A DNA stretch of 64,000 nt from the human T2T-CHM13v2.0 reference genome, Homo sapiens, in NCBI RefSeq assembly GCF_009914755.1, contig NC_060928.1. One strand, written 5' to 3'. This document shows positions 14,172 to 27,500 of this stretch, one piece after another. The number at the start of each line of letters is the position of its first letter. Positions within the stretch are counted from its first letter, which is position 1. A program made the translations under genes and the position numbers. Under the pieces are notes generated by a model. It was not told the origin of the DNA and ran no database searches. It worked only from the letters and a program-made list of their open reading frames with translations.

Positions 14172-15111
14172 CAAAGTTCAGACTGCGTAGCTTCAGAGAC
14201 TTCAGCAAAGATGAAGGCTTAACCAGTGCAAAAGGACTTTAGGACTCCAGATGTTATATCTTGAACTTAAAGCATCCATTTGCTCAGCAAATGTGAGCAG
14301 CTGGCAGCAGATTTGAATAGATCCATGGAAGTATTAGTAAACAGATTAATCAGAGGCAAAGGTTTTATTATAAGTAGAAGAGAGTCATCTCATTTAGAAG
14401 CCTTTGAGACATTATAGAATTATATTTTCTGAATTAAACTGGGAGGAGTTGATCTATCTGCACTGCAAAGCCCTACAGAGGATCACTTAGGATATCGCAC
14501 CTCCCGACCCCCAATCTTAAATTCAGTTAGCATTCTGGTCCAAACAGGCAACTGCAGAAGAGCTTACTGAGCTTGAATTCCTGTGACTTGAACACATGCT
14601 CAAGAGCCACTGGCTCTGGAGGGATTAATTACATAAGAAGAAGATCCTCTCTAAGAAGGCAGGTTTCTCAAGCCTAGATGACAAGATTTAGTAGAAACCC
14701 TACAACATAGGACCCTAGAATGCCTTTTATAGTTTAAAAAAAAAAAGGAGGCTTTTTTATTCTTTTTCTTTTTTTCTTTTTTTTTTTTTTTTTTTACATT
14801 TTGGGCCTACACACAATTTATTGGTAGGGGAAGACAGATATTATTGAAAATAATGAGTATGAAGGAAAACTACCAGAAGTACAGTCACCCCAAACTTCTG
14901 AACTTTGTGACAAAAGTCTCAATTTTTACACTGAGAGTAGCCATGTGGATTTTTTACCCTCTAAGAATGTATAGATCCCAAATAAGTTTAGTTTTGCAGG
15001 TCATAAATTTCAGGCAACTGGCATAGGCCAACTAGCATTCTAATAAGGTAAAAAGAAAAAGTTTCCTCCATTTTTTCTCCTTAATTTAGGTACCGCTGAT
15101 TTTGTACCATG

Positions 15112-15168
15112 GTGTGTATGTGTGTGTCTGTGTGTGTGTGTATGCACACACATGTGCACACGCACATG
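15112..15168. repeat. (TG)n/(CA)n alternating purine-pyrimidine tract
   Basis: Seen directly. Confidence 0.85.
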
Positions 15169-15512
15169 TTTAAAAAACATAACTATAGCTTCGGGAAAAT
15201 AATCATGTAATTGTGCTTGGGATTTTTAGCCTGGGAACTTAGAATATGTGTTTTTTTGTTTTTCTTTTTTCTTTTTTTTCTAATTTGGGAAGCATAGGCT
15301 CAGGGCTTGGATATTCTTGCACATACTAACTCTTTATATTCTTTCAAAATAGAAAAAATTGATGCTGAACTAATACCATTTTTGAGACCCTGAAATTACC
15401 ACATGCATTGCAATGGAAGACACCTCAGAAAATAGTTTCTAAAAAATCCCAACCCCACCCTGGCATTGATAACACTCTTGTTCAGTTTGTCCAAAATAAA
15501 AAGTAAAAAGAG

Positions 15513-15812
15513 GGCCGGGCGCGGTGGCTCACGCCTGTAATCCCAGCACTTTGGGAGGCCGAGACAGGTGGATCACGAAGTCAGGAGATGGAGACCATCC
15601 TGGCTAACATGGTGAAACCCCATCTCTACAAAAATACAAAAAATTAGCCAGGCGTGGTGGCGGGCGCCTGTAGTCCCAGCTACTCGGGAGGCTGAGGCAG
15701 GAGAATGGCGTGAACCCAGGAGGCGGAGCTTACGGTGAGCCCAGATCGGGCCACTGCACTCTAGCCTGGACGAGAGTGTGAGACTCCATCTTAAAAAAAA
15801 AGAAAAAAAAAA
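15513..15812 (+). mobile_element. AluY
   Basis: AluY diagnostics; A-rich TSD-like AAAAGTAAAAA on both sides. Confidence 0.95.
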
Positions 15813-16929
15813 AGTAAAAAAAGAAGTAGAGAGAATGGACTCTGGAAAAAAATTAATTATTTTAGACTCTAGACTTTTAATTAAAAGCCATAGAATTTGA
15901 CTCTAAAATTTAAATGTTTCAGACTTTGTTTCTGGATTTAATTTTTCAAGAGAATTCAAATCTTTCACGTTCCATTTGTCTTTGGAATGCAATAATAGAA
16001 TAATATTTTATTAAAATTTTGGGAATCTCAATGTGGCTGATATTCTATTACTGAAGTGATGAGTACTTTGATATTAGAGCTTCTTTATTTCATTTCATTA
16101 GAGAACATCTAATAGATTACATTGGACAATGTGCCTGAACAAAACTTGTGATAGGAAACGGAATAAAAAACAAACTTTCAGCCTTGTGAATAGAGTAATC
16201 CTGAAAGAAACAACTAAAAGACAAATCTGAACCATTTCAGAGCTTTCTTAGGGTATAAACTTAATGTACTCTGCTGACCTAAGGAAGCTGTCTAAGGAAG
16301 ACACCTACAAGAGCAATCATTGGCCCTTTGAGAATGGCCTCATGTGGTTGGAGCCATATCATTCTAATAGGTGGTAACCATAGCTACGACACTACTGGCC
16401 AATTATTGACTTGTGGTTAAGTCCAATGGGTCAAAAGTAAAAAATAAAAGCTAGAAATGACTCTGCTGCCTCCCTTTGCTTCTTGATCTTCCTGGGAAGT
16501 GATGTAGCCCAGGAGCAGGGGGGGGGATAAAGCAAATTGGTACTCATCCATTGTGTATCCTAGTATTTCTTCCTCTAATGCAGTCACCTAGATAAAAAAC
16601 CACCTTCCCCAGATACTTCGTCTTCATCAATATAAAAGTTAAAATTGAACTCTTTCACTAATGATTTTTGTTGCAGCTCCTAAGTATCTCAGAACCTCAA
16701 AGAGGTAAATATTTCTCGAAATTTGTCACAACTTGCTACATTGAAAAGGGAATATAGGCTGATTGTAGAAAATGTGGAAACTACAAGAAACCAATCTGTG
16801 TTCTTTTAATCTGAGTTGCTTTTCTTTTTCTTACTAACAGGATGTCTTTGATATTTATGGACAGCAATCTTTGCCTGGCAAAAAATGATTAACTAGCATT
16901 ATATCAAATTGGTAACTATTCCTGTTCAT

Positions 16930-17720
16930 CCTTCATATCATTTTAAGAGTGATCTTTCTAAAATTTCCATTTGGTTATATGAATCCTATGCTTGGAAGAA
17001 TTCATTTCAGATAAAATAACATTGAAATTCCTTATTTAAAGATGGTTTCCATTTGTATGGCCATTGACTACCATCTCAACCTTATTTCTCACTCTGTTTA
17101 CTCTGTCACCACTCTTGCACTCCTCAAACCTACTTTCCACACAATGCGTCCTCAATTTAAATAGGATCATTCCATGTCCTGCTTAAAACCTTGTAAAATT
17201 TCCCTATCATCTAGCACATAAATTGCAAGCTCATTAAAATAACTTTCAAGGTCACCCAAGATCTGACCCTTGCTGAACTCTGCAGCTCCATTTTCTGTCA
17301 TGATTGACTTTACACTTTATGGTCTAACAACATGAAACTATGTATACAGTCCCTAGGGACACAATATTATTCCTAGTGCCTGAGTCTCTGCCCTTACATG
17401 GTCTTAATTTTGAAATGCTATCCCTTTCACTTTACAGGCTCTCTTCTCATTTTTAAGTCTCAACTTCAATACCTCTCCTTCCCAAACTCTAAGAAAGGTG
17501 AGGTCACTTACTGCATGCTGCCATAATATCATGCGCAAACATCTATGATAGCATTTTCCACATCATTTATAATTATATGATTTTATAAATTTCTCCCAAT
17601 AGATTTAAGATCCTTAAAGACAATGACTTAATTATATGACTACCTTCCTCCCCAATGCTTGAAGAATAGAAGGCACTCAATAAATATGTATTGGATTGAA
17701 CAGTGAGAAAATGAATGAAT
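16930..17720 (+). mobile_element. L2 3' region
   Basis: CCTGCTTAAAACCTT...CAAGCTCATTA...AGGCACTCAATAAATATGTATTGGATTGAA...GAATGAAT. Confidence 0.75.
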
Positions 17721-17894
17721 ATAGTCTCTGGTTAGTAATACAGAGAATAACTGGAAAATCTTTAAATGTATCTTGTACTTTCAAGGACGACTGGAGTTTA
17801 AATTGATGCAGCATTTTTGGATGGCAATATTTTTCATATTTAACATATAAAATTTTTCCAGAAACTTAATATATAGAAAAACATGATGAAACAT

Positions 17895-18305
17895 TATATA
17901 TCATGTATATCTACCTATCTACCTATATATGTGTGTGTGTATGTATATATATATATAGAGAGAGAGATAGAGAGAGAGAGAGATAGATGTGGATTTCTAT
18001 ATATATAGTATTATACATTATGTATATATAGTTTTATATAGAGAGAGAGAAAATGATTTTAAGATATTGGCTCAATATCTTAAAATACTTTTTTATACGA
18101 TTGATAATAATTGATATTTTAAAATTCCTTTCTCTCTCTCTCTCTAGATATATCTATCTATATCTATATCTATACATATATAGAGAGAGAGAGGTCGAGA
18201 TACAGATAAAGAGAGAAAGACAGAGAGAGAGACAAAGAGTTATACATACGTAGACACATATAAACCCTATTGGTTTTGTTTCTTTGGACAACCCTGACTA
18301 ACATA
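17895..18305. repeat. (TA)/(GA)/(TG) microsatellite field ending in an MLT2-type LTR 3' terminus
   Basis: Simple repeats seen directly; CCTATTGGTTTTGTTTCTTTGGACAACCCTGACTAACATA at 18265-18305 matches the MLT2 end. Confidence 0.75.
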
Positions 18306-18734
18306 ATTACCTAAAATAAAATGAAGAATAAAATATTTGAGTATATTATCATAGGTTTCACAACCAAATCCCTCATCACTACTATGCTTGTATCAAAAAA
18401 TAATGAGGCACATTGTTAATGTATTAAAATAGAAAGCAAGTCATGAAAAACTTTCTGCTGGCCTAGTACTACAGACATTTTACAAACCCGTTTATGTATA
18501 TGTGTAGATATAAAAAATGATAGCAATGATCTCTGAACAAGTAGATTGTAACTGTTATCTTTTATCTTATCAGTTTATTTTTTCAATGACTATTATAAAA
18601 TAATAACACAATATATTTTCAGAATTATAAAATGTTTCATGCCTGTTCTCACATATCTCTTGCTCCAGAAATTTCCTTTTACTGGATTAGTGGTCATCCC
18701 TCCTGTCCCTTTACTTTTACTTGACAGCACATAA

Positions 18735-19101
<367 letters not shown>

Positions 19102-19239
19102 TCTTTCCTTTTTGTTCAGCCTCCATCTGCTTGGAATCAGAAAGTTTTACAATTCACTGTTACTAGTAGAATTATTCCCTGTTTCGTTAGGGTCACCAGT
19201 GAACTTTGATCAAATGCATAAAATATCCGAAATTAACCA

Positions 19240-19255
19240 TCTCTCTCTCTTTCTG

Positions 19256-19296
<41 letters not shown>

Positions 19297-19316
19297 GACA
19301 CACACCCCCACACACA
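19240..19316. repeat. (CT)n(CA)n compound microsatellite
   Basis: Seen directly. Confidence 0.9.
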
Positions 19317-19519
19317 GCTTTTGAGATATTTCTGTCTTTTAAATTTTTATTTCTGTAATGATTTAATATTTTACAAGTATATAACAGTATATTCCTTTTC
19401 CAGTACTGGAGAGACATTAGTTTTTAAAAAAATCACAAAAGTCTGTGTCCTCATGCAGTTCATTTCCTGCTAAAAGAAGAGTAGCAATAAGCAAAGAAAA
19501 TAAGTGACATGTACTTAAA

Positions 19520-20629
19520 ATTCAATCTCATGTCTTAAGGCTCTTCCATCTACTCCACCTTCTTGCTGCCTCCTCAGGCTCCTCGGCACATTTTTAAACA
19601 TGTTATCTCCAGGATCGTCACCCTCTTCTGCATTACTGAAATCATGAGAATTCTTACAGTACTGTAAAACTGTAGTTATTGAACCTCCCTTTCTGTATAT
19701 TCCATCCTCCAAATATTGTGTCCTCTTCCTTCTTTTAGCTATTCTTATTAACAATAACTGCAAACTCTTAATCTTAATTTTGTACCTTCAACTACCCAAC
19801 TACCACTTCCCGTTTTTCAGTTTGCTCACTGTATTTGCATACTCTAAAAAATCTTTGGCTCCACCAGAACCTAGAGTACACTTATCACCTTAAACTCCTC
19901 ATGGTCTTTCCTCTTAACCAGTTATTTTAGTCATATGCGTACATCATCATCTTTGCCTGTCTCCCTTTTGTTGGCATATTTTCTTGATTAAAACATTGCA
20001 CTGGTTAAATTCAAAGTAAATTAACTTCAGGTGAGTATCCCCATAACTGAATGCACCTGAGGGAAAAAAAAAGAAGACAGTGCTGACTGTCATATCTTTA
20101 ATGTAGATCAGTAAGGTCAAGTCATCCTTACTACTTCCTGAAAAACTCATATTTCCCTATTTCATTCTTCTACTTTTCTAAATGACTACTTCATACCTTT
20201 TCTTTCTCTTTATTTCTTCACAACTGTCATTTCCTTCTCCTTCTCAGATTTGAACTTATTTCAAATTTTAAAAGAAAAAATTGAAACAGAGAAGGTTTTT
20301 TAAAACTTTCCATGCATGCATTCATACACATCCATGCATTTATTAAAGTATACGTCAAGTTACCTTCTTTTTCTGTGGAAGGACCGTATGTAATGCTGCC
20401 TAATGCAACCACTCCCCTGCTATACCGGGTTTCATTCTTTTTTGCCTAATTAAGAACAACGCACCAAAAAATCCTCCTCCAGCCCCCATTCTGCACCTCT
20501 AATTTTCCCCATATACTTGTTCAATCACATGATATGTATTTCCTCACCTTAATAAGAAACCCTCTCTCAATTCCTACCTCAGCCTTTGGTACTACCTATT
20601 GCTCTTACTCTTATAGCAATCTCCCTAAA

Positions 20630-20680
<51 letters not shown>

Positions 20681-21400
20681 TACATCATATATATATGCAT
20701 ATACCATATATATGCATACATCATATATATGCATATACCATATATATGCATACATCATATATATGCATATGTCACATATATGCATACATCATATATGCAT
20801 ATGTCATATATATGCATACATCATATATGCATATGTCATATATATGCATACATCATATATATGCATATGTCATATATATATGCATACATCATATATATAT
20901 TCATTTTCTGTAACTTTCCCCTCCCATTCTCTTAAGCCCATTCCAACTAGAAATTTGCCTTCCCATCACAAAACTACTCTTTTAAATATTACTAATATTA
21001 TTCATGTTGCAAAACCCAAAGGTCAATTTGAGTTTGCATTACTTGACCTGTCAGCAGCATGAAAACCAATTGTACATCCGCTTCACTTGGCTTCTAGGAA
21101 TTCAGTCACTTCATTTTCTTCCTTATATATTGAACACACCTTCTCATTCTCCTCTGCTTGTTCCTACCTTATATACTATCTCTAAGTATTAATACTTAAA
21201 GGGAGATTCCTTAGTTTCTCTAAATGTATTCTTCCAATAATCCCGTGATTTAAATACCATCTACCAAATTTATCAAATGTATATTTTCATCAAATATATC
21301 TCCCCCATAGCCTTATAGTTATTTGATCAAATGTGTACCTGAAACCACAACATAGACAGCAAAAAGACATCTCAATTTTAATATATCTAAAACTGAATTG
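19520..21400 (+). mobile_element. L2 internal (ORF2) region, interrupted by a VNTR
   Basis: CATGTTGCAAAACCCAAAGGTCAATTT...TACTTGACCTGTCAGCAGCAT...CATCTCAATTTTAATATATCTAAAACTGAA, typical of L2. Confidence 0.7.
20632..20900. repeat. Perfect (TA)~23 followed by a TATATGCATA(CATCA/TGTCA/TACCA) minisatellite
   Basis: Seen directly. Confidence 0.95.
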
Positions 21401-21512
21401 ACAGTAACAAGTAGCCGCCCTCTGCAAACATACAACATGACCCGAGAACAGGAATAAGTTGCATCAGCAAGTGAAAATTGAAGTTGTGACTCAGGTCCAA
21501 CAGATGTGAAGC

Positions 21513-21513
<1 letters not shown>

Positions 21514-21544
<31 letters not shown>
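21514..21544. repeat. (GATA)7 tetranucleotide STR
   Basis: Seen directly. Confidence 0.95.
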
Positions 21545-22299
21545 AGGTCTATCATACTCAAATTCCTAGATTGGTTACAGCCTGGAATTAAATCACCAAT
21601 GTGATCACGGAAATGCAAACACTACCTGAACATTATGCAAGCCCCCAGAGGAGCAACTTTTTTTTGGTAAATCCTGTACATTGCTTTCAGTAAGTTACAA
21701 ATCCTGTGCCATGTTTATGCAAACACAGCAGATGGCTATACAAATGAATTATATGTACTAAATCTTAGTAGTGAATTTAATTAATTATGAATTTATGAGA
21801 TGGAATCATTTCAAGATACTTTCCACTTAAGGACAGATTGAAAGGAAGTCTCAAACATTCCAGTAAAATCTAAGTGGTTACAGGCTAATGGACATTATAA
21901 AGATTTAGCATAGTTTCTCAAGGCATTCTATTTATTATAGCTATAATTAAGTTTAAAATGCTGACATATCTTTCTAAATCTAAACCATACTGAAATCTCT
22001 GAAAGATAGGCAAATGCATCAAACATTTCACAGTAAAACAGGATCATTCCATAATTGTTTATCTCTAGAAGTTGTTTATGTGCACCACGCAGCCATCAAA
22101 AAACAGGAACAGAACTGAACACAGCTTAAATTTTTATGGAGTTCAATTATTGAGGGATATAAAAATGAGAACTACTGATTAGGATACTAACTTAGGTTTC
22201 CATAGTGATAGATATAATTTTTAAATACTTATATTTATTTTACGGAGTTTTTGTTTGCAGCAGAAGTAAATTTCAAAAGCTACTAAATAAAGCAGTCAG

Positions 22300-22455
22300 T
22301 ACAGCTGGGTGTTGAATCTATCAATTCCACTGTCAGAATGATTCATAGGAGTTTGTTAGTCTCCCTGAATCTTAGTTTTGACATCTCAAAAAGGAGAAAT
22401 ATGATTACATAAGTGTTTAATAGAGTACAATGCTTTAAAAATGTATTTACATGGC
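22300..22455 (+). mobile_element. MIR SINE
   Basis: TTAGTCTCCCTGAATCTTAGTTTTGACATCTCAAAAAGGAGA resembles the MIR core. Confidence 0.55.
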
Positions 22456-23139
22456 TAGGATCCTTCTCAACTGTGAGATTATATAAATGACCATATACAC
22501 TGATTTTTCTGATTACTTGCATGCCATTGAATTTGGATCAGCACTCAAAGAGCCTGTATGTCTTCATTTTCAAAAAACAGTCAAGTAATAATATTAGATT
22601 ATTCTCTGTATATCAATAGAGAAAAAACTGAAATTTCAAAAAGTAGTTCAAAAGCAACTCGCAAATATTATAAAGCAGAACAAATAAGATAGTAGACCAT
22701 TTTAAAAATTAAACAATAAATTTTTCATATACGAGTCATCAGACCTAGAATTCCTGTGCATTATAGACATAAGATTACCATTAGATAACTTTAAAAATAA
22801 AATATAAGTAGTTTTTTTCCATTTTTGCAACGTAGAAAAAAATTACAAAACATATTTTCTATCAGTATTAAATCTGCCATTTTAAAGTTTCGTAATATCA
22901 AATGTTGATATGTGTAACATTATTTTGGCCTTCTCTACAAGATGTAGCTAAAAGGCAAGAAGACTATACTGTTTCTGTTTGAGGTTAAGATGTACTTCTG
23001 CTCACTTCCACTTAATGAAATCACTGGATAAACTAAGACAAGAGAGAAGTTAAAGTAAAGGATAAAGTAAATGTTGTGAGTAAATTAGTATTTAAAAGAT
23101 GAGAGAAAAGGAAAATGCAGTGAGGAAATAACTGAGGTC

Positions 23140-24000
23140 TTATTTACAGAATATTTTCCCAGACCAATGTCCTGAAGCATTTCTACTATATTTTCTTGTA
23201 GCAGATTTATTATTTCAGGTATTACATTTAGGCCTTGGATCTATTTTGAGTTGATTTTTGTATAGGGTAAAAAGTGGGGGTCTAGTTTAATTCTCCTGCA
23301 TATAGATATTTTATTTTCCCAGTATCATTTCTTAAAGAGACTGTGATTTCCTCAATGAGTATTCTTGGTATCTTTGTCAAAAATCAGTTGGCTATAGATA
23401 TGTGGATTAATTTATTGGTTCTCTATTCTGTTCTTTTGGTCTGTGTATCTGTTTTTATGACAGTACAATGCTGTTTGGGATACAACAGCTTTGTAGTATA
23501 TTTTGAGGTTTGGTATTGGGATACCTCCAGCTATATTCTTCTTGCTCAGGATTGCCTTGGCTATTTGGGGTCTATTGTAGTTCCATACAAATTTCAAGAT
23601 TTTATTTTTATTTATGTGGAGAATGTCATTGGTATTTTGGTAAGGATTGCATTGAATCTGTGGCTTGTTTTAGGTAGTATTGTCACTTTAACAATATTAG
23701 TTATTTTGATCTATGAGCATGGGCTGTCTTTACATTTGTTTGTGTCCTCTTCAATTCCTTTCATCAGTGTTTTGTAGTTTTCCTTGTAGAGGTCGTTCAC
23801 CTCCTTGGCTAAATTTGTTTCTAGGTATTTTTATATTTTTGTAGCTATTGTAAATGGGATTGACCTCTTGATTTCTTTTTCAATGAGTTTGTTGTGTATA
23901 GAAACTCTTCTGGTTTTTGTATATTAACTATGTATCCTACAACTTTACTAAATTCATTTATCAGTTATAAAAGTTTGGTAGAATCTTTAGGTTTTTCTAT
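23140..24000 (-). mobile_element. L1MA-type ORF2 fragment
   Basis: Track peptide [38 protein letters not shown] matches the ORF2p C-terminal region. Confidence 0.9.
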
Positions 24001-24512
24001 CAATTCTTAAGTGAATTTTTATTACTCTTAGTTTATTCAACTAAAAGCATTGGCAGAAATGGCAAGACATTATACTGTGGATTAAGTTGTGATATTACTA
24101 TGGAATGGTCCAAATTCACAATCAATATAGTAATGCAAAATGAGCCATTTTGCATGGATCCAAAAGGCTACAAATTCATTGTGCTTAGACAAAAGTATGT
24201 GAGTGCATGATATAATTAATACCTGCTTCTAATCACTTTGAAGGAGAACTTCTCTGGCTTCAAAAGTGTAATGTAAATGTTTTATCACTTTAGTGTTAGT
24301 GCATAAAATAATCTTTTAGTTAACTTTAGTTTAGTTTAGCTTTAGTTTTCCAAATATGGAAATACCTTCTATAGTGCCTAATATAAATATATATCCAAAG
24401 AAATGTGACAGTCAGTTTTATTAATGCCAATCCCTACACAAAGTTAAGTAAGTTACTTAAAATATTATTGCTAGTTTCCTAAAGAAAAGTCTGTCATTCA
24501 TACAATGATAAC

Positions 24513-27500
24513 TTTTTTCCAACTTTTATTTTAAAATCAGAGGGGTCTTGAACATGTATGTTACAGAGGTTTAATGCATGATACTGAGTTTTGGAAGATG
24601 AATGAATCCATTAGCTAGGTGGTAAGCATAATACTCAATAGGTAGTTGCACCCCATGCTCCCTTCTCTTTCACTTCCCTCTTGTATTCCCAGTGTCTGTT
24701 GTTTGCATCTTTATGTCCATGTTTACCCAATATTTAGTTCCAACTTATAAGTGAGAACAGGTGGTATTTGGTTTTCTGTTTCTCCATTAGTTCACTTAGG
24801 ATTATGGCTTCTGGCTCCATCCATGTTGCTGCAAATGAAATGATTTTGTTCTATTTTATGGTTGCATAGTATTCCATGGTGTATATGTACTACTTTTTCC
24901 TTATCCAACTGAGTGTTGATGGGAACCTGAGTTGATTCCATCCATGTCTTTGCTATTGTGAATAGTGTTGAGATGAACATTATTCACAGTATTCACAGAC
25001 GTACGTGTCTCTTTGGTAGAGTGATTTATTTTCCTTTAGATATATCCTCAGCAATGGAACTGCTGGGTCAAATGGTAGTTCAACTTGTAATGCTTTGAGA
25101 AATCTCCAAACTGCTCTCCCCAGTGGCTGAACTAATTTAAATTCTCATTAACTGTGTATGTGTTTCTTTTTCTCCATAGCCGCACCAGAATATGTTATAT
25201 TTTGAATATTTAACAAAAGCCATTTTGACTGTGTGAGGTGGTATCTCATTGTGGTTTTTATTTGCATTTCTCTGATGGTTAGTGAAGATGACCATTTTTC
25301 TGTATGTTAGTTGGACACTTGTATGTCTTCTTTTGATGAGTGTCCTTTCCTATCGTCCACCCACTTTTAATAGTATTATTTGTATTTTGCTTGTTGGCTT
25401 GTTTAAGTACTTTATAGATACTGAATATTAGAACTTTGCCAGATACGCAGTTTTGTGAATATTTTCTTGCTTTCTGTAGGTACTGTTTATTCTCTTGATA
25501 CTTTCTCTTGATGTACAGAAGCTCTTTCATTTAATTAGGTCCCAATTGTCAATTTCTTGTTTTGTTGAAATTACTTTTGAGAATGTAGGCATGAATTCTT
25601 TGACAAGGCCAATATTGAAAAGGGTATTTAACAGGTTTTCTTTTTGGATTTTTATAATTTTAGGTCTTACATATAAGTCCTTAATTTATCTATCTTGCAT
25701 AGCTTTTTGTATATGGTAATAGGTAGGTGACCAGTTTCCTTATTCTGCATATGAACAGCCAGTTATCCCAACACTATTTATTGAATAAAGAGTCTTTTCT
25801 CCATTGTTTATTTTTGTTGAGTTTGACAAGGACAAGATGGTTGTGAGTGTGGTGTGTACCTTTATACCTGAGATCTCTATTCCGTTCCATTGGTCTACAT
25901 ATCTTTTGTAGAAGTACAAAGTGGTTTCAGCTACTGTAGCCTTGTAGTAAAGTTTGAAACTGAGTAATGTGATGCCTCCAGCTTTGATTTGTTGTTGTTG
26001 TTTGCCTAGGATTATTGTGGTTATTTGGGCTATTTTTTGGTTTCTTAAGAATGTTGGAATAGTTTCTTTTTTTTTTTTTTTTTTGTAATTCTGGGAAAAA
26101 AGGGCATTGGTAGTTTGATAGGAATAGCATTAAATCTATAACTTATTTGGTCTGTACAGACATTTTGGCGATATCAATTCTTCAAATCCATGAGTGTGGG
26201 ATATTTTTATATTATTAGTGTCCTCTCTGATTTCTTTCAGCAATGTTTTGTAGTTCTTCTTGTAGAGATCTTTCATTTTCTTGCTTAGCTATATTCTGTT
26301 ATTTTATTCTTTTAGCAGCTATTTTCAAAGGAAATTACATTCCTAATTTGGATAGTATCAGCTTGAGCATTATCGGTGTATAAAAATTCCACTGATTTTT
26401 GTACATTGATTTCATATCCTGACAATTTATTGAAGTTGTTTATCACTTCTAGGAGCCTTTTGGTGCAGTATTTAGAGTTTTCTAGGTAAAGAATCATATT
26501 TCCAACAAAGAAAGATTGTTTGATTTCTTCTTTTCCTATTTGAATGTCTTTTACTTATTTCTCTTGCCTGAATGCTCTGACTAGAACTTCCTGTCCTATG
26601 TTAAATAGGCATAGTGAGACTGGCCATCCTTATATTGTTCCAGATGACAGGGGAATGCTTCCGGGTTTTGCCTGTTCAGTATGATGTTGGCTGTAGGGTT
26701 GTCATAGATGATTCATTATTTTGATGTATGTTCCTTTGATGCCTAGTTTGTTGATGGTTTTTATTATGAAGTGATGTTGGATTTTATCAATAGCTTTTCT
26801 TGAATCTATGGAAATGATCATATGGGTTTAGTTTTTAATTCTGTTTATGTGGTGAATCACATTTATTGACATGCGTATGTTGAACCAATCTTGCATCTGA
26901 GGAATAAAAACTACTCAATCATGGAAAATTAACTTTTTCATGTGCTGCTGGATTCAGTTTGACAGTATTTTGTTGAGGAATTTTGCATCTATGTTCATCA
27001 GGGATATTGACTCGTAGTTTTCTTTTTTTGATGTGTCTTTACCAGATCTTAGTATCAGGATGATTCCAGCTTTGTAGAATGAATTAGAGAGGAATCCCTC
27101 CTCCTCAATTTTTTGAAATAGTTTTAGTAAGATTGGTACCAGTGCTTCTTTGTATGTCTGGTATAGTTCGGAAGAAACTCCATCTGGTCCAGGGCTTTTT
27201 TTGGTTGCTGGGTTTTCTTATTACTGATTCAATTTTTGATGTAAGTATTGGTCTGTTCACAGTTGGAATTTCTTCCTGGTTCTATCTTGAGAGGTTGTGT
27301 GTTTCTAGGAATTTACCCATTAAATCCAGATTTCCTAATTTATTTATATGTAGGTGTTCATAATAATCTCTGAGGATGTTTTGTATTTCTGTATGATTAG
27401 TTGTAATGTCATCTTTGTAATTTCTTGTGTATTTAGATATCCCTTCTTTGTCCTTTTTTAATTTAGCTAGGAGTCTATCAAACTTGTTTATTCCTTAAGA

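Noticed and set aside
18128-18195. (CT)n...(AG)n hairpin
   Set aside because: Trivial consequence of adjacent complementary microsatellites.
20534-21062. Overlapping 133-aa and 158-aa Y/I/H-rich ORFs
   Set aside because: Produced by the TA microsatellite and minisatellite.
23343-23777. 144-aa hydrophobic ORF resembling a membrane protein
   Set aside because: Antisense frame of L1 ORF2.
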